This document shows positions 1 through 8,980 of a stretch of DNA of 64,000 nucleotides, in pieces. Made by a program: the position numbers and the translations under genes. Source of the DNA: Guillardia theta CCMP2712 (lineage: Eukaryota; Protista; Cryptophyta); assembly GCF_000315625.1 (NCBI RefSeq), contig NW_005434659.1, forward strand, positions 1 through 64,000, read 5' to 3'. Under the pieces are notes generated by a model, which had not been told where the DNA came from, did no database searches, and saw only the letters and a program-made list of their open reading frames with translations. Position 1 is the first letter of the stretch, and every line of letters begins with the position of its first letter.

Positions 1-554
1 CGCACAGCGCTTCCATCTCCTTCCTCGAGAAGCGGCCTGTGCTCATGCTTGACCTCGACTTGATCTGCACTCTGAAGCTGCTGCGCCCCGCATGATCTCT
101 CTCGCGAAGTGCCCTCCTCTGCTTGGCGATCTTTCCCCTAGGAACGAAGGTGTCGGCTGTGAGCTCGACTGCAAACGTCTCTCTGAGCTTGGCGTCGTCG
201 CTGATGAGAGTGAGATGCACCCCCTCCATCGCCTCGCTCTCTCTGAACGAGGCCAAGGTCTGCTCGCAACTTGCCGTCGAAGGCGAGCTGAGCTAAACCC
301 TAAACCCTAAACCAGGCTGCTGCCGAAAATAACGGCCCTAAACCCTAAACCCTAAACCCTAAACCCTAAACCCTAAACCCTAAACCCTAAACCCTAAACC
401 CTAAACCCTAAACCCTGGCCACATGTTTCGAAGCATTCTCGATGGTTTCCCGAGCTTCCTGCGTTCCTGGCGACTCTTGCTCTACCACGCAGGGATCACG
501 CTGATCTGCATGCCTCAGATAAAGGGATCCTCCTAAACCCTAAACCCTAAACCC

Positions 555-603
<49 letters not shown>

Positions 604-950
604 TGAGTTTATTAGACTCTTAGTCAAGAGTTTCATAGCTAAGAACTATTGCTTCGCTCATCTCTCGCCTAATGATCCGTCTAAAGGGGTTCCCAACCTT
701 GGGAGGTTGGCCCATTTTCCTATAGGCCCCTTAGGCCTGTTGGCCCATTTTCCTATAGGCCCCTTAGGCCTGGTTGCTTCCGTATTAGTTGTTTTCGCCC
801 ACTGTGGCAAGGCTGTACCTTCTCCTGCTGGCTAGCCCTTCTCTTCTTCCCTTCGTGCAGCCCATGACCATGCGCCATGGGTGGCTTGCCCATGAGCCGC
901 GCCTGCCCCCATCGGACTACATCGACTCTCTTACCCTTCTTGCTGTCCAT
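1..950 (-). CDS. Hypothetical spliced gene, 3' end beyond the left edge; proposed exons 950-935, 532-414 and 292-<1
   Basis: Minus strand: ATG GAC AGC AAG AAG G|GTAAGA (934); acceptor TTTAG| at 533; exon reads GSLYLRHADQRDPC...KHVAR|GTTTAG (413); acceptor TTTAG| at 293; then 97 stop-free codons ending FRVQIKSRSSMSTGRFSRKEMEALC. Intron phases match (1 and 0). Confidence 0.55.
293..416 (+). repeat. Interstitial telomere-type (CCCTAAA)n arrays at 293-312 and 336-416
   Basis: Perfect CCCTAAA units (about 3 and about 11 copies) separated by ~25 bp of unique sequence. Confidence 0.97.
532..603 (+). repeat. (CCCTAAA)3 joined directly to a (TTA)n microsatellite
   Basis: cctaaaccctaaaccctaaaccctattattatt... 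read directly. Confidence 0.95.
706..771. repeat. 33-bp perfect tandem duplication
   Basis: gttggcccattttcctataggccccttaggcct at 706-738 and 739-771, overlapped on the left by hairpin ccaacct-tggg-aggttgg. Confidence 0.9.
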
Positions 951-958
951 AGCGTATG

Positions 959-974
959 TAAACCCTAAACCCTA
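959..974 (+). repeat. Short telomere-type repeat (telo-box-like AAACCCTA)
   Basis: taaaccctaaacccta about 10 bp upstream of the minus-strand ATG at 950. Confidence 0.8.
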
Positions 975-1005
975 CACCTGCCCTCTCCTCCTCCTCCTGC
1001 TTCCA

Positions 1006-2031
1006 TTAGGCGTCAAGCGGCGCGGTTGGGGAGGAGTCAAGCGACATCTCTTCCACTTCTACCGCCCTGCTCCCTGCCTCGGGTGCATCTTCCACTCGAG
1101 CGTCTTCCATCTGTATCTCACTGCTCAAAACAAGTTTCAATTCGTTTCTGTCTCCCAGCATTCCTACGAGGGAGAGCGCCGTTTCCTCCAGGAATTTATT
1201 CAAAGCAATGAAGAGAAGGTCAGTTTTCAAGGGCTTCTCTTCATTTGGTGCGAAAGCGCTGCTCCTGCGCTTCGCTACCTTCCACGTATGCTTGCCTGCG
1301 ATCGCCCTGACGCGTTCTCTCAGTCGCCTGCTCACGGCATTCTCGGCCGCGTTAGCATCCTTATCCGCCCACTCTTTCAGCGTGGGGAAGGATGCGTTTC
1401 CTGGGCTCTCCAGAACCATCTCTTGCACCGCTTCATCAAGCTGGAGTTGAATCCGTCCTTGTTGTTGCAGCTCGCTCCTGCTTACCTCAGCAATAGCTTC
1501 CTTCAGCTCTTCCACTACCGCGTCCGTTCCCGCATCGGGGAGGTTGGTTTCATTGATGATTGAACTGAGCTCAATCTCTTTCCCCTGGCCTGGTTCGACT
1601 GATCGCGAGTTGCCTGAGGCGACACTTGAAGGTTCAGACTGCTCGCAGTTGTTTGAATCTCGACTGTGCCTTGCCAACATAGGAGCTGTGTGGGGAATTC
1701 AGCTATCATCTTTCTTGCACTACCTTCACATCGTAGCCGGCCTGAGAATGATTCCAGACCCATCCCAGATCCCAGTCTCTGGATCGCATTGGATGTGCAC
1801 CCGTTGAAGCTCGTTCTCCACCAGTGGGTCCCAGCAGTTGATAGCTCTCCTGATGTTTCGGATAACTTTTGCTCTGCCTGTTTCGTCACTTGCGCAGATT
1901 GTTTCAATCTCACTTCGAGTGAACTTCCCTGATGGCACAGGGGAGGAGATTTGCACTGAGTACAGCGGCATCTCTGCCGCCGTGGCCATGTCCGTCTCGT
2001 GTCGCATAGCATTCTTCGTATTCTTGTGCAT
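1006..2031 (-). CDS. Hypothetical protein (probably spliced); shares a motif with the gene at 1-950
   Basis: Open frames 2031-1726 (MHKNTKN...YSVQISSPVPSGKFTRSEIETIC...) and 1680-1006 (acidic, helical). The splice joining them could not be resolved cleanly. Confidence 0.5.
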
Positions 2032-2112
2032 AGCCGTTGCTTCCGTTTGCACTGAAAACCATTTCAGTATTTTGTCATTCTCTGAGACCAATCCCAAAGT
2101 AAGGAAGATTTG

Positions 2113-3022
2113 ATGGAAAAGGCTGCTCTGTCCAGTAGTGGTGATTGGTTGAAGAACGTGGAGATCATAGAGAACGGGAAGATGGCTGTCAGCGGCAGTG
2201 CCGATGGCACACTGAGGGTGTGGGACCTTGAGGAGATGACGGAGAAGGCCTGCCTCACCGGTCATAGTGATTGGATTTCCAGCGTGGTAATCAGCAAAGA
2301 CGGGAAGACAGCAGTCAGCGGGAGCTGGGATAAGACAGTGAGAGTGTGGGACCTTGAGGAGATGACGGAGAAGGCCTGTCTCACCGGGCATAGCGAACAG
2401 GTAAAGAGTGTTTCTATCAGTCAGGACGGGAAGACAGCAGTCAGCGGGAGCTGGGACAAGACAGTGAGGGTGTGGGACCTTGAGAGGATCAAGCATGGGC
2501 CGGCTACTCTATCCGGTCACAGTTCGGGGGTATTAAGTGTGGAGATCATAGAGAACGGGAAGATGGCTGTCAGCGGCAGTGCCGATGGCACACTGAGGGT
2601 GTGGGACCTTGAGGAGATGACGGAGAAGGCCTGCCTCACCGGTCATAGTGATTGGATTTCCAGCGTGGTAATCAGCAAAGACGGGAAGATGGCAGTGAGC
2701 GGGAGTATGGATAAGACAGTGAGAGTGTGGGACCTTGAGAGGTTCAGGGAGAAGGCCTGTCTCACTGGTCATCTTAGTACGATACTAAGTGTTTCTATCA
2801 GTCAGGACGGGAAGACAGCAGTCAGCGGGAGCTGGGACAAGACGGGACCTTGAGGAGATGACGGAGAAGGCTTGCCTCACTGGTCACAGTGGTGAGGTGT
2901 TGAGCGTAGGAATAAGCGAGGACTGGAAGACAGCAGTCAGCGGCAGTGCCGATGGCACACTGAGGGTGTGGGACCTTGAGGAGATGACGGAGAAGGCCTG
3001 CCTCACTGGTCATAGTGATAAG
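2113..3022 (+). repeat. ~126-bp WD40 coding repeats with very high internal identity
   Basis: 2158-2308 is identical to 2539-2689 (151 bp); the block gtgtgggaccttgaggagatgacggagaaggc recurs throughout. Confidence 0.95.
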
Positions 3023-4385
3023 GTTGTGAGAGACTCGCGCGGACGAACAGCCGCGGAGGTGGCGCGAGACAAACAGGACGAGGAGCTGGCGAGCAAGATA
3101 GAGGACTGGCTGCGGCGGCTAAGGAGCGGGGAGCTTCTGCTAGCGGCTGTGCAGGGAGGAGACCCAGAGAGAGTGAGGAGGCTAATAGTTGGAAGGGCAA
3201 GTTTGATGACTGTAGACAAGAACGGATGGACGGCTCTACATTGGGCGGCGCATGCGGGTGAGAAAGAGATCGCAAAGGTGTTGCTGAAGGCGGGAGGAAA
3301 GAACCTGAGGCAGGCAAGAAGCAATGCTGGCAAGACAGCAAGGGACTTGAGCATTTGGATGGAAAACTTTGAGGTGACGAAGACAATTGAAGAGACAGAG
3401 ATGGAGGAGGAAAAAGAGGAGAAGCGGCTGCAAGAAATAAAGAAGCAGGTCAAGGTTTCGGTAGACAAATATCTCTCTGAGACGAGCGATGGGTCTAGAC
3501 TGCTTAGCGTGGAGGAATACGAGAGTCTGGTGGTGCAAATGCTGCAGACTGGAGAGGGAAAGACAGAAGATGAAAGGAACAATGAGCGCTTCATGTCGGA
3601 CTCGAGGACGCTGGTTTGCGGGGAGTACAAGCACGCAGCTTGGGGGCTAGAAGAGCTGCTGCAGGTGCCGCTGAAGGAGGTATACGAGAAGCTTGAGGAC
3701 GCGACAACCAAGATGAGAGAGGAAGTAGAGGCCTACGGGAGCTCAGAGCTGACGAGAGACCTGGAGTATGTCTTGTCGGAAGCTGCGAGGGAGGAGGAGA
3801 CGGATAAGGGCACGAGGCGGAGGGATGAGACTGAGAGACTTTGTGAGTCATCCATACGCCAAGGAAGCAAAACTGTCCGAGGAGGTCGCGGCGCTGCGGC
3901 TGTACACGCTGCCGAGCTTCACCCACATCAACAACCCGCTGAGGGATCGGGCGCGTATAGCGAGGCGAGAGCGACATCCTCTGCCCCTGCTCGTGTTCCT
4001 CATCGTTGAGGGCCTCAAGAAGCTTCGGGCGCTCAAGGCGTCTGAGGGGACGGAGCTCAAGGTGCTGTGGCGAGGGATGCGAAACCTGACGGTGTCGGAC
4101 GACTTTGCAGCGAAAGGAGGGACGGAGCTGGCTCCGATGTCAACGTCGAGGGAGCTGAGGGTGGCAGCTGGGTACAGCATGAGCAGGGATGGACTGATCT
4201 TCCGCATCAAGACAAAGAACGGCCTGCAGAGCGGAGTAGACGTGTCTTGGCTGTCGGCGTTCCCGGAGGAGGAGGAGGTACTGTATGCGCCCCTGACATA
4301 CTTGCAGCCAACGGGTCAAGCCCAGGAGGTAGAGGTTGCGGTAGGGAAGTACAGGATCGTTGAGGTAGAGCCGACAACGGCATGA
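2113..4385 (+). pseudogene. WD40 (7 repeats) - ankyrin - coiled coil - mono-ADP-ribosyltransferase (R-S-E class) gene interrupted by two frameshifts
   Basis: Seven ~42-aa WD repeats (GH present in all but the first); ankyrin GWTALHWAAHAGEKEIAKVLL; ART motifs LRLYT, LWRG, MSTS, FPEEEEVLY. An 11-nt deletion near 2844 relative to sister repeats and a second frame change near 3815-3825. No introns seen. Confidence 0.8.
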
Positions 4386-6002
4386 GGTAGAAGGAGAGAA
4401 AGGAAAGATGAAGACACAGAGAAGGTGGGTGAAGGAGAGTAGAGAGACGGCAGGCAAGTCGGATTGAATGAAAGAAGGAGCCAAGCAGTCGCATCCTTCC
4501 ATCCCTTTGACTCGTTGGGCTCTTCCTGGCTCATCCTCCGAGTCTCACGTTCATGAAGGAGGGGGTTTGTCCGCTGGAAACTTGGTTGAAGAGTCCGAGA
4601 TCCATTTTCCCAGTGGGTTACGTGTCCTTCAGATATCAAGTGAATGTTTGTCACAAAAACAAATCACCATCGAAATCATTGAAAACTACCTGGTCTGTAT
4701 CACATCTCATTAGATCCCAACTCTCGCTTTCGTTCCGGGTCTTGTGTTCGTTGCCATTGTGAATCTCGTTTTTGTCGGGTCTTCTTTGCTACTTATGTTA
4801 CCTCACTGCTCAAGTCCGTCCCATCCTCGGGTCTTGGCACTCAAACCACGTCACCCTCCCGCCGCTCTTCTCCCCTTCTCTTGCCGACCAACAACTCACC
4901 TTTTGATCGAAGTCAACGACAGTTGGACCTCCTTGTCGTCACGCAGTGGGAGCGATGTGGTATTCTCAGACTCATACGGACGCCCCTTGGACGTAGCGTA
5001 GGGAATTAGGATGACAATGCCAGACAGCATGGTGCTGATCTGATGAGTGTGTGTGCTTGATAAACAGCGTTCCTATGATCATCTAAGCTCAGATATTAGA
5101 GAACTAGGGTAGCTTGTGCTGTTTGAAACACTTGCATCCTAGTCTAACGGGGTCCGTAAACCATGCACGTGAAGTTTATTATTTCACGATTCTCCTTATA
5201 CATAGTGAATGAGCTTAACTAGGGAATCTGCCTCAGACACCTCAATTTAAGGTAAGCGGATGGCTTCTGCGATAGCGTCGGGGGTGCATCCCTCCACAGC
5301 CTGCCCTGCGTGTTGTTGCGAGCACTTTCATCATACTGAAGAACCATCCTTAGAAAGCTGTTTGAACTATACCAACCCCTTGCTCGCAGCTTCCTTCGCG
5401 CCCTGGCGGCTTCCCCTACACCTGGCGCGCAGCCATGCTGCCTGAAATACCCGGCAAGGCCGCGAGAGTAGAGGTCCTGTCCCAGACGAAGGGCAGATGA
5501 AAGCGTGTCTTGACAAGCGGAGCGGGGTAGTCTTCGGAGTGAAGCGAGGTCGCGACGCGTACCTAGCCTTGCACCTGATATCGCCCCTGCTCTTCAAGAT
5601 AGGCCTCCTCGACCCCGACACGCAAAAACACGCGGGGGCACGTCGGGACCTAGCAAATCCCCCCCCCCCCCCTCCCCCTGTGCTGTGAGGCTGAGCAGGA
5701 CGAGAAGTGCGAGGCGAGATCAGGATAGGAGGGTTGATCTCTGCTCTCTCTCGCTGCGACTGTGCGCTCGTCTCGTGGGCAAGGGTCAATGTCGTAGCCC
5801 ACGCAAGGCTCGCCGGGCCTCGTCGCCTCTACACGAAGCTGCTGCGTCCAGGCTGAGAAACCCCCAGTGCGGGGAAGATTTGATCAGTGGAGATGTTTTC
5901 AAGGTTCTCGTTTTGTTACCCAAGCTTTATCATCACGCTTTTCAATGACTGATAGAATGATTTGCATTGTCTCGCACTGCTAATTCTTCAATTATCCTAC
6001 AG

Positions 6003-8570
6003 CTACTTCGAGTTCGTATCGTTGTCAAGGCGTGAGTAAACCCTCAGCATGGAACCGGATTTTTTTGGCAGCATTGCATTATTGATAAACTTGTCTTTCA
6101 CCCCATGTTGCAGTTTCTCTGTCTCTTCTTTATCAGCGCCTTCAGTGAAAACAAGGTCAACGACACTTTTGAGAATTTTCCCGTCCATGATGGAGTTCAA
6201 AGAAAGCTTTCTCTCTAAAGTCGCAGGTTTCAACACCTTGCCCACTTCACTGCTCTTCTTCTTTCGCGATTTCGCTTTATGTTCCTTACCCTGGTCAAAG
6301 TCAACTGATGGAGAAAGAAGAGAAGAGGTAGAAAAAAACAAAAGGAGTCTGAGGCTCTTACATCCTCCAATGGTGATCGTTGCGGTTCTTCCTGAGAGGG
6401 AGCTGATCAACAATAATTAGTAAGATTTCTCTAGTAAGCTATTTCTGCTTACAGGCATTTGCATGAAAATATCTTGACATGTCTGCCTTTGTAGTGTGAG
6501 GAAGGTTTGCTTGTTGTATGGAGGCAACCATCCTCTCAATGTTTTTCAGCCTTTCATCAGACAATTCTTCTATAATCTCCAAGATTGAGTAAAACTCCTC
6601 TTTCGAAATGAAGCCGTCTCCATCAGAGTCCAGGCGCTGTATAACTTCATCACGCTTTGATGCAGGTATGGAGAGTTCCTTCAAAGCCTCAATTGCTTCT
6701 TCTCTGCTCAGCTGACCGCTCTCGTCTTTGTCATGTTTGTAGTACACCTCAATGATCCTTGCAATGCCTTTGTTCGAATACCCCCAGGAATGTACGATCT
6801 TTGAGATTGTGTCGATTCTTTGATCCATCAGCTTGATCATGAGGAGCATCGCGCGCATTTCTTTGCTTGTGCTCTCTTGCATTGCATTGGCCACTTGTCT
6901 CTGTGCATAACGACGGATCTCTTCTCGCATCATGTCTTGGAACTGATAGGCACTAAACTCTCCTCGCGAGTTACAGAGTTTCCCTCCTTCTGTGAGCAGA
7001 TCAAAATCATCATCTTGGAGATGGATGGGAGAAGATGTAGGAAGTCGCTTCAGCCCTCGCTGAAACTCTTCGTAATTGAGTCCACCGGATCCATCATTAT
7101 CGAGCCTTTCATAAGCATCTGCTATCTTTTTTGCAAGATCCCTATCGGTGACGAAATGTGAGAGGTGAGAAGAAAGAGGGTCTAAAATTCCGCTGCAACG
7201 TGTCAGAGCCTTTCTTTTTTCCTCTTCAATCTTCTCTCGTATTTCAATCTCCTGTTTTTCCCGCTGAATAGAGGAGATAAACTCATCAAGAAGCACTGCA
7301 ATGACAACATTGATCAGCACCACCCCTGCTATAAGAACGTAGCTGACGAAGAAAAAAGCAATGCCAAAATCTGTCCCATTTCTCAGAGTCTCGTCGTCAA
7401 ACAATACCCTAGTTATAGACGAGGCCCATCTGGAAAGAGTAAGTCAAATTTTGATGTTACTGCTGTAGTGATAATTCACCCGTCGCCTGTCACGACTTGA
7501 AACATCTGCAATGGGACCTGTCACTTACTTGTAAGGTGCACAAGGCTTTTGCTCACTGTGAAGAGAGACTTGGAGAATGAACCAAACATTGGTTCATTAC
7601 GGAATCGAAAGAACTGAGTTCCTAAAGCTGCCCAGATACAGGTGACGAGAGCGAGGATGAGAAAGCTATTCACGACGGGTAAGACAGCACAAGCCAATGC
7701 TGATATGATTCGGTTCAGGGACTTTAACCTGCGAAAAATCCTCGCAACCCTGAAGACCCTGACAAGACGGAACACCTTGACAGAAGGGATGTTTGATGCA
7801 AGTACAGTCAACACAGACGCAATGACGATTACAACATCCAGCAAGTTCCACCCGTCCGACAGAAATTCAGCAAATGCGTTTTGAGATTTTGCAAATAAGT
7901 TGACCATCAGTTCTAAAGTGAACATGACAGTAAAGAAGATATCGATCCTAAAGAAATTTGCTTGTGCTTCAGAGCCATCCTCCGGCAATATCTCTGCTTG
8001 AGCAAGGTCCAGTATGAAGCTTATGAAAATCAACCCAGCGACTGCAGCCTGCATGGGGTTGGACTCATACATCGCTTTGACGTGAGCACGAAACTGTCGG
8101 AGTTTCCCCTTCTCAGACAGAAGTTCGAACTCAATCTCTGCAAGCTTCTCGGTCCTCGCATTCTTTATAGCTGCGAGCCATTCCTTGTGCTCGTCACTGT
8201 CAGCCTTGTAGGTGTACGCTCGCCCAACATTGATTCCAGTAGGTGATGTTTCCACGATTATTTCTCTTAAGAAGTCCTTGGGCTCCTCCTCATCGAACTC
8301 TTCGAGTATGTTGACGATTTCTTCTAGCGGAATCTCGTCGATGATGTACGTCGTGTTCGGCTTCGCGAAGAAGAGAGCATCCTTGGTCAGCACGGCTCGC
8401 CTCGGATTCCACGAGACAGTCGCGCCGACTCTCTTTTTCTCCAGCAAACCTTCTTTGATCCAAAGAGACTCGTCGGGGAGGAGAAGCTTATCTGATATCG
8501 ACACTTCCTTCACTGCAATCTCTGCATGTGCTGCATGAACTGCCGATGTCGCCGCAGCGATCGCAACCAT
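6003..8570 (-). CDS. Single-domain voltage-gated cation channel (EukCat/CatSper/BacNav-type fold) with N-terminal PH domain and C-terminal EF-hands
   Basis: PH: KEGLLEKK...WNPRRAVL...HKEWLAAIK. S4: KVFRLVRVFRVARIFRRLK. Spliced pore SLFT|MFQVVTGDG|WASSITR (exons 8570-7557, 7505-7480, 7429-). S6: LINVVIAVLLDEF. EF-hands DNDGSGGLNYEEF, DKDESGQLSREEA, DSDGDGFISKEEF. Last exon boundary uncertain. Confidence 0.88.
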
Positions 8571-8775
8571 GTCACAAGTAGTCTGAACTGAGACCACCCA
8601 CCCCAACCTACAGCCTTTCTATGACATCAAGTTTGACCACCCCCCCAGTCCTCTTTACATCCAGCTGATAAAACCCTGTGCTGAAGTTAACGCTTGCTGA
8701 GGGACCCCTACCAAATTACGTTCCCTTCAGGGGCACGTGTATCTCCGAAGATACGTTGAGCACGGGTGGAAACCT

Positions 8776-8846
8776 CTAAACCTAAACCTAAAATAGACCT
8801 GAACCTAAACCTGAACCTAAACCTGAACCTAAACCTGAACCTGAAC
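8776..8846 (+). repeat. Degenerate telomere-like hexamer array (CCTAAA/CCTGAA alternating)
   Basis: acctgaacctaaacctgaacctaa... in the ~410-bp gap between two divergent genes. Confidence 0.85.
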
Positions 8847-8980
8847 TTTTAAGGACCTGCTCACTACCAGTACTGCTTTCAACTGCTTGCCATGCACCCC
8901 TGCTCGTCGCTCGTTACCGGCCAGCGCTGCTGCTTGTGCAGGAGTTGTTGAAGGAAGTCACAACTCAAGTAACCTGTGAG

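Noticed and set aside
293-337. 20-nt pure telomere micro-intron (293-312) plus 25-nt micro-exon (313-337)
   Set aside because: Including 25 nt would shift the frame between flanking exons; one intron 413-293 fits better.
293-555. True chromosome terminus
   Set aside because: Arrays are short and unique open-frame sequence continues to the left.
877-1563. 228-aa plus-strand ORF
   Set aside because: Reads through a telomere repeat and is antisense to a more protein-like minus ORF.
2113-3022. CRISPR-like array of repeats with variable spacers
   Set aside because: Period is 126 bp of WD40 coding sequence in a eukaryotic context; no cas genes.
4400-5990. Possible small gene or structured RNA (short hairpin near 5717-5741, poly-C near 5659-5672)
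   Set aside because: No convincing ORF, tRNA or snRNA motif recognised; an Rfam/Infernal scan would be needed.
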